Shown in pieces: positions 16,778 to 26,851 of a DNA stretch of 64,000 bases. Every line of letters starts with the position of its first letter. The stretch's first letter is position 1. The translations under genes were made by a program, and so were the position numbers. Source of the stretch: a virus; IMG/VR virus record IMGVR_UViG_3300042894_004766, positions 1 to 64,000 of that record; one strand, 5' to 3'. The notes beneath the pieces are model-generated. The model saw only the letters and a list, made by a program, of their open reading frames with translations. It was not told the origin of the DNA and ran no database searches.

Positions 16778-17164
16778 TTAAACTCCAATAGAATTTAACT
16801 TTTCATTTCTAAAATAGGAAACAAGTTTTTCTGATAATAATTCAAATGCTTTTATTTCAAAATCTTCAAGTTTAGAAACTTTGTATCTTAGTGAACTACC
16901 AGAGTTTTTCTTTGAAAGAAGCTCTTGGTAAATATGTACCATTTCTTCTTCGGTTGGTTCTATATCTTCTTTGAAGTTAGAAAAATCTAATTGAGAAATA
17001 TGTGCACTTTTGTGATGTAAATCTTGTGTTAGTTCTGCTGATATTTTACCTGATAATCTAATAAATTGATTCCTCGAATGTTCATAAAAAATTGCAGTTA
17101 AATTGTTTTTAATTGATTCTTCTTGATAAGTAATCTTGCAATTGATTAGAGTGGAGTTTGTCAT
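16778..17164 (-). CDS. Hypothetical protein with C-terminal RNEKLNSI motif
   Basis: ORF. Confidence 0.65.
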   Translation of the reverse strand: MTNSTLINCKITYQEESIKNNLTAIFYEHSRNQFIRLSGKISAELTQDLHHKSAHISQLDFSNFKEDIEPTEEEMVHIYQELLSKKNSGSSLRYKVSKLEDFEIKAFELLSEKLVSYFRNEKLNSIGV

Positions 17165-17197
17165 TTTATAAGTTTATTTTTATATATTATTATAGTA

Positions 17198-17470
17198 CTA
17201 GTCTTCTTTTAGGATATTTTTTAATGTTTCTTCTCTTTTAGTTGATAATTCCCAAGCAACGTATTCTTCTTCTGACATTAGTTCAGATTCTTTAAAAAGA
17301 CGAGCATTTGAGGTTCTCCAATGTGATGATGTGCTATCACAAAGATATTCACAATCGTATTGATTCTCTTTATCAGGTTCATCTAGATTAGCTTCTAAAT
17401 AACGTTGTATAGACATTTTACCATAAGATTTATGATAAACGGGTCTATTAAGGTCAAATTTATTTCTCAT
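17198..17470 (-). CDS. Hypothetical protein with C-terminal REETLKNIL motif
   Basis: ORF; TAG stop; TAACTTTG immediately upstream. Confidence 0.65.
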   Translation of the reverse strand: MRNKFDLNRPVYHKSYGKMSIQRYLEANLDEPDKENQYDCEYLCDSTSSHWRTSNARLFKESELMSEEEYVAWELSTKREETLKNILKED

Positions 17471-17521
17471 ACTGCAAAGTTACATTTAATTTTTAATATA
17501 TACAAAAAAGTAATTTTTATA

Positions 17522-18217
17522 ATGAAGTTTCTACAAAAGTTTAAAATATTTGAATCAACACAAGAGTTACCAGAAAGAGGCACAAGATGGATCAATGATA
17601 AAGGTGAAAAAATATTTATATTAAGTCCAGATCAGTATGGTTATATTGGTTATTATAGATTATCTGATCCTGATAAAAAGTGGCATATTAACCCAAATAC
17701 TTTTTATTCAGAATATAAACCTTTGGATAAACACATTTATAGAGACGATATTGAGTATGACTTTGATAAAGCGGTTTATTTATCAGATGAAAAAGCAATT
17801 ATTGCTGCTTTCTTTATCACTAAAGAAAATGAGAAGTCGATTGAAATCTTAAACATAAAAGAATTTGCACCAGATACTGCAACTTTTATGGATAATGCTA
17901 GACCTTATTCCGTTACTTTTCATAAAGGTACTTTACCAACTTCACAAATTGCTATTCTTGGACCAGTTCCTGAAAAGGAAGGTTTCTTTTATATTAAAGT
18001 TCCTTATTGGTTATACAAAGAAAACCCTGAATTAAATATTAAGAGAGTCGTTGGTGATTTTCATCATATGAAAAGATTGTCTCTTAGAGATTTTAGTTTA
18101 AGTAATAAAGAACTGATGTCGAATTTCAAAGATCCTAATGTAATCAAATACTTTGCTGGTTCTGATAAAGATAAAAGAACTCAACAATTGGTTGATATAT
18201 ATTCTAAAAGAGGTTAA
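17522..18217 (+). CDS. Hypothetical protein with MKFLQKFKIFES N-terminal motif
   Basis: Start reassigned to the ATG after an AATATATA motif. Confidence 0.7.
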   Translation: MKFLQKFKIFESTQELPERGTRWINDKGEKIFILSPDQYGYIGYYRLSDPDKKWHINPNTFYSEYKPLDKHIYRDDIEYDFDKAVYLSDEKAIIAAFFITKENEKSIEILNIKEFAPDTATFMDNARPYSVTFHKGTLPTSQIAILGPVPEKEGFFYIKVPYWLYKENPELNIKRVVGDFHHMKRLSLRDFSLSNKELMSNFKDPNVIKYFAGSDKDKRTQQLVDIYSKRG

Positions 18218-18474
18218 ACACCTAAATCTTTTAATTTTTGATCTCTAATTTCTGAAACAAATAAACTATCAAATGTTCCAGATTTAGAAAATACTTTATC
18301 TAATTTAGTATGTAGATTATTTTCCGTTTTTATTATAGTATAGAATATTTTAACCCAAGGTTTTCTCGGATGATCACTAAAATCATCAATTGCATTGATT
18401 ATAATTCTGGCTTGATCTTTTTCAAGTTTAATTAGATAATCTTTTACAATTATTTCTTTATTTTCTTCGGTCAT
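18214..18474 (-). CDS. Hypothetical protein with C-terminal RDQKLKDL motif
   Basis: ORF. Confidence 0.6.
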   Translation of the reverse strand: MTEENKEIIVKDYLIKLEKDQARIIINAIDDFSDHPRKPWVKIFYTIIKTENNLHTKLDKVFSKSGTFDSLFVSEIRDQKLKDLGV

Positions 18475-18949
18475 AAGTTAAATATGTAAATTCATACTTA
18501 TGTCTTTCATCTGCTGGATGGTATTCTTCTGAAACTAATTCCCATTCATCACCAATTTCTGGAAAGAAAGTATCTGCTTCAAACTCTGAATGTACTCTCG
18601 TTAGTTCAATTCTATCTGCAATTTCCATAGATTGTTTATAGATCTCTCCACCACCAATTATCCAAATATTGTTATCTGAATGTTCTAATACTTCATCTAA
18701 TGCAGATTGAATACTATCAAATGTGAAACATTTTTCCGGTACTGAATAGTCATTTTGTCTTGTTATAATTAGGTGTGTTCTATTAGGTAGAGGTTTAGGG
18801 AACGTTTCAAACGTCTTTCTACCCATAAGTATATGATTACCTGATGTAAGTTCTTTAAACCTCTTAAAATCGTCTGGTAAGTGCCATACTAAGTCATTGT
18901 CTTTACCTAAAGAATTGTTTTCTCCGGCTGCTGCTATAATTGTTATCAT
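18458..18949 (-). CDS. folA: Dihydrofolate reductase
   Basis: LGKDNDLVWHLPDD, MGRKTF, PLPNR, IIGGGEIY, ADTFFP. Confidence 0.96.
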   Translation of the reverse strand: MITIIAAAGENNSLGKDNDLVWHLPDDFKRFKELTSGNHILMGRKTFETFPKPLPNRTHLIITRQNDYSVPEKCFTFDSIQSALDEVLEHSDNNIWIIGGGEIYKQSMEIADRIELTRVHSEFEADTFFPEIGDEWELVSEEYHPADERHKYEFTYLTYDRRK

Positions 18950-18978
18950 ATATATTTTATGATAAAAAAATAAAAAGT

Positions 18979-19539
18979 TTAATCTTCTGATATTGGAGAA
19001 ATATCACGCTCATTACTAAATGTAAACTTAATACACTCAGTAGTTGTAAAAAAGTCTTGTTTATAACCACCACCTGATGGTAGTGAATGTATTGATAAGG
19101 TTACATATTTATAATCAGTTAGTCTTAGTAATTTAATTGCCGATTCAAATCCTATATAACGTAGATACTCTTGTTCTTTAGGAATTTCATAGTTTTTCTT
19201 TCTCCAAACATTACCATATTGAAATCCTGTATAATCTCCATTTCTTTCAATACCTGTTGCTGCTAAAATCCATCTTCCTCTGTCACGTGGATCTACACGT
19301 CTATTCTGGTCTGAACTTAGTTCGTTTTTATTAGTATCACATCTTCTAACAAATGAAATAAAATTGGGGTATCCAACAATCATATTCAAATCTCTTTCTA
19401 TTTTTAAGTTAAAATCTTTGATAATGTTTGAAGGATCTCCATTAAAAGTAAAACCTTCATCCAATATTTCTAATACTGAATAGGTTATATCATCTTCTGT
19501 GATATTTTTAGACTCATTAAATTTTTTTAAGTATATCAT
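18979..19539 (-). CDS. Hypothetical protein with MIYLKKFNES N-terminal motif
   Basis: ORF. Confidence 0.7.
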   Translation of the reverse strand: MIYLKKFNESKNITEDDITYSVLEILDEGFTFNGDPSNIIKDFNLKIERDLNMIVGYPNFISFVRRCDTNKNELSSDQNRRVDPRDRGRWILAATGIERNGDYTGFQYGNVWRKKNYEIPKEQEYLRYIGFESAIKLLRLTDYKYVTLSIHSLPSGGGYKQDFFTTTECIKFTFSNERDISPISED

Positions 19540-19542
19540 AAT

Positions 19543-20943
19543 TTAGTTACATTCGTAACAGTCAACTCGACCAGAACCACCACATTCATCACATTCTGAT
19601 GTTCCTTCTCCATCACATCTTCCACATTCTTCAAGTCCGCGACCATCACATTCAGTACATTCTACTGTACATTCTCCGTCACATTTATCACAAGTTGATC
19701 TACCATCACCATGACAATCATCACAAGATATTTTCCCTTTTCCTTCACAGTCAGTGCATTCTTCACCTTCTTCATCAGTTCCATCTCCATTACAAGTTTC
19801 GCACTTTACTTCACCATATCCATCACACTCACGACACTCTACTTCTCCATCTCCATCACATTTTGGACAGTTCTCAGTACCACTACCTTCACATTCAGAA
19901 CAATCTTGTTCTCCATCTCCATCACATCTGTAACAGGATCTTTCACCAGAACCACCACACTCCTCACATTCAAAACTACCTCTTCCTCCACAGTTTTCAC
20001 AAGATCCATCACCACCTTCGGTACTAGTTAGTTCTGCGTCATAGTAAGAGTTATAGTTCGTAGTAAGTAAATCTTTATCTCTTACAAGATATTTTAAAGA
20101 GTCCATATAAGGATAGTCATCAAAGTTTGAATATTCTAATGTAACATTGACCCAACTATCTTCTCTTTCAAGTTCTTCACCGTTAAACATAATAGGATCT
20201 CCGGTATGAAATGTTTGATTCTTTTTATAATAGAATCCATTTTCTTTTGCAAAGTCTATAAATAGTTCAACATCCGCACTATTTATAATGTAAACTCTAT
20301 CCATGAATTTTCTTCCCTTATCATCTAACCAAAGAAGTGCTCTTGCTGTAATTTTATCTGGATTATCTGCAGATTTTAGTATAATAAGTGATACTCTGTC
20401 TGGATTTTTTGAATATATTGATAAGTAACCTTGACATTTAGCATATCTCATACAAGAAGAACCTAATGTTCCTAATTCTTTATCGTAATTATCCACAAGA
20501 TACCATTTTTTAATATCATTACCATTAACTATTTCAAATCTTGTAAAGGCTTCTTTCTCTATTAAGATAGTTGCTTTGTATTTACTTACGAAATCCTCAA
20601 GATCTTTTGGTTTTACTTCGATACCAGCTTTTGCTAGAATTGCCCTTACAAATCTACCAACATTCATGTCAGACTTTTTAATTGTTTTAGGATCTTCTAC
20701 TTTTTTTGCTTTATCATCTGGTGTAAAGAATACTTTATCTTCTTTATCTACGTCATATGAAATATAGTTATAGTTAGTGTCTACCTCTTCTCCATCTAAC
20801 TTTAGTAATTCAGATGCAACTGGAGAGTTTATTTTTTTCAATAAGTCATAAAACTTATCATCAAGGACAATTGTTGCTTCTAATAAAAGCATCATATCTT
20901 TTTCTAGTAAAAATTCGTCGTATTTTGATATTTTATTATTCAT
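19543..20943 (-). CDS. Uncharacterised SCM...ARALLW...DRVY...PYMD domain protein with 14 CxxC(xGxG) repeats (paralog 1)
   Basis: Motifs shared with 30214-31653 and 31716-33122. Confidence 0.8.
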   Translation of the reverse strand: MNNKISKYDEFLLEKDMMLLLEATIVLDDKFYDLLKKINSPVASELLKLDGEEVDTNYNYISYDVDKEDKVFFTPDDKAKKVEDPKTIKKSDMNVGRFVRAILAKAGIEVKPKDLEDFVSKYKATILIEKEAFTRFEIVNGNDIKKWYLVDNYDKELGTLGSSCMRYAKCQGYLSIYSKNPDRVSLIILKSADNPDKITARALLWLDDKGRKFMDRVYIINSADVELFIDFAKENGFYYKKNQTFHTGDPIMFNGEELEREDSWVNVTLEYSNFDDYPYMDSLKYLVRDKDLLTTNYNSYYDAELTSTEGGDGSCENCGGRGSFECEECGGSGERSCYRCDGDGEQDCSECEGSGTENCPKCDGDGEVECRECDGYGEVKCETCNGDGTDEEGEECTDCEGKGKISCDDCHGDGRSTCDKCDGECTVECTECDGRGLEECGRCDGEGTSECDECGGSGRVDCYECN

Positions 20944-21000
20944 AATGTATATATTATTTTTTTTATTTGAAAAGTCAATTATTTTTTTAATATATAGTTT

Positions 21001-22671
21001 ATGAGAGTTTTAAAGTATCTTAAATTTTTTGAAGAAGCAGAACTTAACTTAGGTGAGTTAGAAAAGAATAGGGGTGGTGAAAAGAGAGGTAATGCTTTAA
21101 TAAAGAAATTACAAGAACCGGAAGTTAAATTAACTATAAAAGGAGAAGGTGAGCGAACTATTGATCATATAAAGGTTGATGGTGAAGATGTGGTTCCTAG
21201 TATTGCGGCAAATGCTATTAAGAAAGCAAATACTAATACTTATGATGATGGTAAAGGAGCTAAGTTATTTGGTAAACCTAGATATAAAGATGTTTTTGTT
21301 TCTGGAGACGAAGTATTTAAACTAAATCAAGTAAAGAAAACTAAAGATTTTGGTGCAGTTGGACCAGGTGTTTTAACTAGAGAGTATGAAGCAATTCAAT
21401 GTTTATTTATTGCATATAAATTGAAGTACCCTAGAAAGTCTATACTACTACAAGACGTTTTAGATTTTTGGGAGAATTATTGTAATAAAGATGCAGATGC
21501 ATTAAAAAGAATTAATATTTATTTAGATAATAAAGTTGTAATCACTGAAAATATATTAGATAGTTTATCTTCTAATAGGGATTGGCTTAATACTTTTATC
21601 AAAGTACCTGAGGTATTATTTAGATTTAAAGGTATGTTTTCGCCTAGATCATCATACTCTGTTTTTCATGAGTCTAATACAGATGAAATATCACCTGCAC
21701 AAAATTTACTGAAAAAGTTTAATAAATTGAAAAAAGTTAAAAATGTAGATTCAAAGGTCAATTTTTCTAAATTCTGTCCTGCAGATGTTTATATTGTAGT
21801 AACTAGATATATCTCTGTATTAAATACTGCAATTTCTGCATGTGAAACTATGGATGAATTGGTAAAAGTTGTAGATGATTACTTTGATGCGAAAATTTTA
21901 ATACCAGTATCACTTAAAAAGGTAAAAAATGGTGATGAAACATTTCAGATAATTGTTAATAAAGAGCAAGATAAAAAACTACCTGATTTTGACATTAAAT
22001 ATTTTAGAATAACTCAAGATCCTACTAAAGGAATTGGATCAAGAATATCTACTGTATCTAAATGGAGTGAAGAACGTACTCCAAATGGAGAAGAAAATAC
22101 AATTAGAAAAGATAGAGATATAACTATTGATTCATCAAATACTGGTAACTCTGTAAATGTTGATGGTGAGGTTGCTGGTTCTTCATCGAGACATGGAAAA
22201 ATATCTTTTACTGGAATAAAGTCTATATTGGATATTCATAAAGATGAATTTAATTTAGATGAGATAGAGAAACATTCTGAACTTAAAAAAAGAACTCTTA
22301 CTGATTTAAGAAACTCTATTACTAGTTTATATACTGAATTACTTAATTTAAGAGAATTTGCAAATGATGTTGATGTTGTTGAAATGCCTTCTACTATTCA
22401 AGTTCCGAGATTAAAAAAAGGTATTCCTACTGGTACTTCTTGGGATAAAGTTATTAAATATACTGATTTATCTAAAACTGAAGAAGAAGATAGTAATATT
22501 AAAAATAAATTAATATCTAAGTTACAGTCTTTACAGATATTAGTTTCTATTGCTAAGATATATAAAGTGAGTCCTATGTTAGGTAATGATGTTATGACTA
22601 AAATTATGAGACATGCTCTTTCTATTCAAACTTCTGATTTTGATACACCTAGATATTTAAGAATAATTTAA
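21001..22671 (+). CDS. Putative PD-(D/E)XK nuclease-fold protein
   Basis: E..Q, FCPADVYI, IPVSLKK pattern; MRVLKYLKFFEE N-terminal motif. Confidence 0.5.
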   Translation: MRVLKYLKFFEEAELNLGELEKNRGGEKRGNALIKKLQEPEVKLTIKGEGERTIDHIKVDGEDVVPSIAANAIKKANTNTYDDGKGAKLFGKPRYKDVFVSGDEVFKLNQVKKTKDFGAVGPGVLTREYEAIQCLFIAYKLKYPRKSILLQDVLDFWENYCNKDADALKRINIYLDNKVVITENILDSLSSNRDWLNTFIKVPEVLFRFKGMFSPRSSYSVFHESNTDEISPAQNLLKKFNKLKKVKNVDSKVNFSKFCPADVYIVVTRYISVLNTAISACETMDELVKVVDDYFDAKILIPVSLKKVKNGDETFQIIVNKEQDKKLPDFDIKYFRITQDPTKGIGSRISTVSKWSEERTPNGEENTIRKDRDITIDSSNTGNSVNVDGEVAGSSSRHGKISFTGIKSILDIHKDEFNLDEIEKHSELKKRTLTDLRNSITSLYTELLNLREFANDVDVVEMPSTIQVPRLKKGIPTGTSWDKVIKYTDLSKTEEEDSNIKNKLISKLQSLQILVSIAKIYKVSPMLGNDVMTKIMRHALSIQTSDFDTPRYLRII

Positions 22672-22961
22672 AAGTATCTTTTAATATTTCCAGCTTTGTC
22701 TATTAAAACATTTCTACCGTCTTTTTTACGAACTAATATATCTGTTCCTGCGAATCTTGCTTCCAGTACTCCTTGTAATAAAACTCTTATCGGATTACCA
22801 CCAATATCTTTAGTTTCTAATTTACCATCTATACTAGTTATTAAAAAAATCTTTTGTGATTCGTCATATGTACCAAATGCAACATTCTCGGATATTCTTC
22901 TACCAAGATTTCCCATAGTATCACATATGTATAATGATTGATTTAGTATTTTAAACATCAT
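22668..22961 (-). CDS. Hypothetical beta-rich protein
   Basis: ORF with internal D..GN repeat. Confidence 0.6.
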   Translation of the reverse strand: MMFKILNQSLYICDTMGNLGRRISENVAFGTYDESQKIFLITSIDGKLETKDIGGNPIRVLLQGVLEARFAGTDILVRKKDGRNVLIDKAGNIKRYF

Positions 22962-22995
22962 AACTTTTATATAATTTTATTATATATATAATAAT

Positions 22996-23142
22996 ATGGA
23001 AAAGAAAAATATATTTCTTTTATTAGATGATGAAATTGTAACACGTTATAAAGAACATCTAGATAAAGTAGGATATGATAAAAATAAGCTATTTGAAAGA
23101 ATAATTATTGATTTTTTAAAGAAAAACGCAATAAATTCTTAA
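22996..23142 (+). CDS. 48-aa ribbon-helix-helix-like DNA-binding protein (below cutoff)
   Basis: MEKKNIFLLLDDEIVTRYKEHLDKVGYDKNKLFERIIIDFL. Confidence 0.5.
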   Translation: MEKKNIFLLLDDEIVTRYKEHLDKVGYDKNKLFERIIIDFLKKNAINS

Positions 23143-23193
23143 AAAGGTACTTTTAGGTATTTTTTATTTATATATAGCATAAGGAAAATAATT

Positions 23194-23403
23194 ATGAGAT
23201 ACTTGAGAGAATTTAACGAAAATAAGGATGTATTCATGGAATACCTACTTGAGTTTACTGAAGACGGTAAGCCAGAAGAGTTATCTAGTAATAGATTAAG
23301 TAAGTTACTTAGATTTATACGAATAGAAGGTATAAAAAGTTATACTATAAAAGGTATAACTAAATCAGGAGAAACTAAAATAGTTTTAAAAATAGGAAAA
23401 TGA
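23194..23403 (+). CDS. Small protein with MRYLREFNEN N-terminal motif
   Basis: ORF. Confidence 0.6.
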   Translation: MRYLREFNENKDVFMEYLLEFTEDGKPEELSSNRLSKLLRFIRIEGIKSYTIKGITKSGETKIVLKIGK

Positions 23404-23428
23404 AGAACCCACTCGAAAGTGGGTTTTT

Positions 23429-24397
23429 TTAATTCATATAATCTGTAAAAAATTGTTCAAAAATTGCTTGCATTACCGGAACACATATTGAATTTCCTGC
23501 TAACGCTACGTGTTGTTTGGTTGATAAACTTGTAGTTAGTAAATTATCAATATCTACATCTTTAACTCCCATAAAACGATAACCTTCTCTTGCAGTTAAA
23601 GTTCTAATCCTTTTATCATCTAACATAATTTGTGGGGAACCTGATGTGGTTAAACAAGGTGAACAACCATCTATTGAATAGATTCTTCTTGCTTGATCAT
23701 ATTTTACATCACTTCTACGAGCAATCATTCTACATACTGAACTTAATTTAGGTGTATTGATTTCATACGGTGGTGTAATAAATAAAATATTATCCGCAGT
23801 TGTATCAATAAATGGTTTCATCGGAACTCTAGTTTTTTTATGATTGTGAACACCCATCATTTTATTAGAAACATCTAAGGAAGATTCTCCTAATACTGAA
23901 AACATAAAAACTCTCTCACGATTTTGAGGACATCCAAAGTCAGCACCATTAAGTACCATCCAAGCTGAACCATAACCTAAAGAGTTAAGTTTTTCAATAT
24001 AATCGTTAAATTTTTTGATGTGATTTTTGGAAACTAGGTTTTTAACATTTTCCATTAAAAGATACTTTGGTTTATTATGTTCTACGATTCTTTCAACTTC
24101 GTATAATAAACCGCTTCGAGTTCCTTTTTCAATACCACGTTGTACCCCAGATATAGATATATCTTGACAAGGGAATGAATAAGTTAAAAAATCACAATGT
24201 GGGAAAGTTTTTTCATCAACTTTTGATACGTCACCTAAATTACCTTGTTCGGTAGTATGTAGTGAATCATAAGCTTCGTTTGCTGATTTAAGAATGTCAC
24301 AGTTTGCGACGTTACGGTATTTAATACCACTATACTTTAGTGCTAGTTCTTGGGTTCCGTACCCAGAGAATAGACTTATAATTTTTAATTCTTCCAT
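23429..24397 (-). CDS. dcm: DNA (cytosine-5) methyltransferase
   Basis: FSGYG, FPCQD, ENV, QNRERVF, GNSI. Confidence 0.93.
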   Translation of the reverse strand: MEELKIISLFSGYGTQELALKYSGIKYRNVANCDILKSANEAYDSLHTTEQGNLGDVSKVDEKTFPHCDFLTYSFPCQDISISGVQRGIEKGTRSGLLYEVERIVEHNKPKYLLMENVKNLVSKNHIKKFNDYIEKLNSLGYGSAWMVLNGADFGCPQNRERVFMFSVLGESSLDVSNKMMGVHNHKKTRVPMKPFIDTTADNILFITPPYEINTPKLSSVCRMIARRSDVKYDQARRIYSIDGCSPCLTTSGSPQIMLDDKRIRTLTAREGYRFMGVKDVDIDNLLTTSLSTKQHVALAGNSICVPVMQAIFEQFFTDYMN

Positions 24398-24427
24398 ATT
24401 AAATTATATGAAAGAATTAAAATTTGT

Positions 24428-24901
24428 TTAGTCTAAGTGTCTAATATCTTTGTGTGAAGATTTTTGGTTACCGTTGTGAGACCACAATCTTGCAAATGGT
24501 GTAGTAAAATAGTCGTTATAACATAATGTATCATCTATATGTAAATCGATTTTATTTTCTTTACAATATTCTGCTTTTGTTGAATCCCATAAAACATCAT
24601 CGAATTTTTTCTGAATAGTTCCATCAGGAAACTCGATTTCTCCTAGTGTTTCTGCGGTTTTTAATAAGTGGTTATAAACTGAGAATTTATGAGTATAGTT
24701 GATACCACTTAGTTGTTTTTCTAATTTATCAGTCCATTCACCTCCGGTGATTATATGAACTTCACCACCATTTTTTATAACAGAGTCTGCTAAAAATACA
24801 AAGAACTCTGGAAGAGCATCGATTACTCCGTGTATATCGATACCAATTTTGAATTTTGCTGTTGAACTTTCGTTCACTATACTACTAAATTTTGTTATCA
24901 T
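24428..24901 (-). CDS. HAD-superfamily protein
   Basis: IGIDIHGVI, IITG, K...HIDD. Confidence 0.7.
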   Translation of the reverse strand: MITKFSSIVNESSTAKFKIGIDIHGVIDALPEFFVFLADSVIKNGGEVHIITGGEWTDKLEKQLSGINYTHKFSVYNHLLKTAETLGEIEFPDGTIQKKFDDVLWDSTKAEYCKENKIDLHIDDTLCYNDYFTTPFARLWSHNGNQKSSHKDIRHLD

Positions 24902-24911
24902 AATTTATATA

Positions 24912-25307
24912 TTAAATTATTTCTTCAATTTTCTTATCTCTCATTTCTGCAGTAGATAAAATTTCTTTTACAAAGATATGAAAATTACTCGTAAAAGTAA
25001 TCAAATTAAATGAAATATTTGTGCTTATTCCGGCACCACTTGATTGACTATCTAAAGTTGGATTTGTCTTTGTAATACTTCCCCAATACTTAAATCCAAA
25101 TGTTGGCTCATAAATGGCACTATTACTACTTCTTTCATTCCAAAACTCTATTACAAATGTTTTACTTTCTATTTCATTAGTGTCATATTCATATAAAATT
25201 GTAAATTGATTATCATCTTCATAAAATATGTTTAGAATCTTACTATAAGCTGGTACTTGAAAAGTTGCCTGGTTATAACTGGTATATCTTGATTGTGTTG
25301 TTATCAT
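24912..25307 (-). CDS. Hypothetical protein with C-terminal RDKKIEEII motif
   Basis: ORF. Confidence 0.65.
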   Translation of the reverse strand: MITTQSRYTSYNQATFQVPAYSKILNIFYEDDNQFTILYEYDTNEIESKTFVIEFWNERSSNSAIYEPTFGFKYWGSITKTNPTLDSQSSGAGISTNISFNLITFTSNFHIFVKEILSTAEMRDKKIEEII

Positions 25308-25669
25308 ATTCCTAGTTTATTTAATATTTTTTCTCTATAGAAACTTATATCATCAACAATAAAAAGGTTTGAGTCGGTAATAATTAGATTATCAATAATC
25401 TCAATAATTTTTGATGTTGTTCTTAATGACATAGTTCCTACATTTTTATTACTTGTAACTATTTGATTAATTTCTAAAGAATCAACCTCTGCATTTTCTG
25501 TATTAACGATACCTTTACATTTTTGTATAGAATATTTATCTAAAAATTCTTTATTAATTAGTATTTTTTTATAGTATTTATTTTCCATATTTACCATAAC
25601 ATAAGAAACCTCGGTAGATTTCCCACCGAGGTGATTATGAATTAAATCTCCTACTTTAACTAATTTCAT
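25304..25669 (-). CDS. Hypothetical protein with C-terminal REKILNKL motif
   Basis: ORF. Confidence 0.65.
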   Translation of the reverse strand: MKLVKVGDLIHNHLGGKSTEVSYVMVNMENKYYKKILINKEFLDKYSIQKCKGIVNTENAEVDSLEINQIVTSNKNVGTMSLRTTSKIIEIIDNLIITDSNLFIVDDISFYREKILNKLGI

Positions 25670-26505
25670 TATAGTATTTTAGTACCTGGATTGGCATTTA
25701 CGACAAATGTTGGTGTACCATTTTCCAATTCACCTGGCATAATCATCGCATGTGACTCAATCCCCATCATTTTAACAGGTTTTAAATTTGTTATAAATAG
25801 GAAAGAATATCCTTCTAATTTATCAACGTAATTCTCACCTAATGAAGGTTTAATATTTGTTACAACAACTCTCGGTGTATCTTCACCAAAATCTACTTCT
25901 AACTTAATAAGTTTATCTGATTTAGGTACATCTGTTACTGATATAATCTTACCTGTTTTAATTTCTAATTTAGTTGCCTGAGTAAAAAAAACTTCCGAAA
26001 ATTCTATTTTATCTTTCATGTTTAATATATTTATTGCTTTAATTTTACATTCTTCTTTTAGTCCTGGAATTCCTAATTTCCAAGGTTTTACTGGCTCTCC
26101 TGTTGAACAATTCACAAAGTGATCTTGTTGTTCATCCAAGAAATCTTGTATATCATCAAAGATAACATACTGTGTTACTTCTGGGTGTCTATCTAACCAA
26201 AGTTTAATTTCATGACCTCTTTTTACTTGGTCGTAATAAACTATGTTAGTTGATTCACATACATCTACACAATCTGGTGTTACATCAATGATTTCACCTG
26301 GTAGATTACGTTCTTTCCAAAGTGCTAACATTCTTTCAATACCTTTATCTTTCCAAGTAGAAGAGATAACGATTTTTGCACCTGTTTTTTCAATAATTTC
26401 CTTTAAGTTCTGGACGTATTCATCCCTGAAGATATGACCAAATTGGTCTCTATCTGCATAATCTACGTTTAAAACCCCGTCAATGTCCAGAAATATTGTT
26501 TTCAT
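25669..26505 (-). CDS. HAD phosphatase (RNA-repair type) fused to a Trbp111/MetRS C-terminal-like tRNA-binding OB domain
   Basis: IFLDIDGVLN, ISSTW, RGHEI, VIFDD, then SDKLIKLEVDFG...NLKPVKMMGIESHAMI; start reassigned to 26505. Confidence 0.85.
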   Translation of the reverse strand: MKTIFLDIDGVLNVDYADRDQFGHIFRDEYVQNLKEIIEKTGAKIVISSTWKDKGIERMLALWKERNLPGEIIDVTPDCVDVCESTNIVYYDQVKRGHEIKLWLDRHPEVTQYVIFDDIQDFLDEQQDHFVNCSTGEPVKPWKLGIPGLKEECKIKAINILNMKDKIEFSEVFFTQATKLEIKTGKIISVTDVPKSDKLIKLEVDFGEDTPRVVVTNIKPSLGENYVDKLEGYSFLFITNLKPVKMMGIESHAMIMPGELENGTPTFVVNANPGTKIL

Positions 26506-26522
26506 AATGGCAAATATACAAC

Positions 26523-26765
26523 TTAATTTTGATTTATTAAAAGAATTTTTTGATTTCTTGTTAGTTGTTTGATTCTCCACTCTTCTTTAGCAGCCAAAGA
26601 TTTCGTTTCAAATTCACACTGATACATCAGTTTTACTGGTGTTCTTGTCTTGGTGTACTTAGCACCTTTCTTGTTATTATGTGTGTCAATTCTCTTTTCT
26701 ACGTTATTGGTTATACCTGTATATAAGGTCAAATCACTACACTCTAAAATATAAACATACCACAT
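26523..26765 (-). CDS. Small GIY-YIG nuclease (UPF0213/YhbQ-like)
   Basis: WYVYILEC..LYTGIT...R...HN...GAKYT...E. Confidence 0.88.
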   Translation of the reverse strand: MWYVYILECSDLTLYTGITNNVEKRIDTHNNKKGAKYTKTRTPVKLMYQCEFETKSLAAKEEWRIKQLTRNQKILLINQN

Positions 26766-26851
26766 TATCTATATATTGACTTTCATGCAACATCATGATA
26801 TATAACTAAATATAATATAATTTTTGTGTTTAAAATTTAATATATACTCTT

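Noticed and set aside
19599-20031. His-rich and Thr-rich ORFs on the + strand
   Set aside because: Antisense shadows of the Cys/Gly repeat region.
19543-20943. DnaJ chaperone
   Set aside because: CxxCxGxG repeats only; no HPD-containing J domain.
26506-26580. N-terminal extension of the HAD-OB gene
   Set aside because: Overlaps the GIY-YIG gene and spans a TATATTTG promoter; the HAD motif starts right after ATG 26505.
26523-26765. GIY-YIG homing endonuclease or mobile element
   Set aside because: 80-aa standalone UPF0213-type domain with no DNA-binding extension or intron context.
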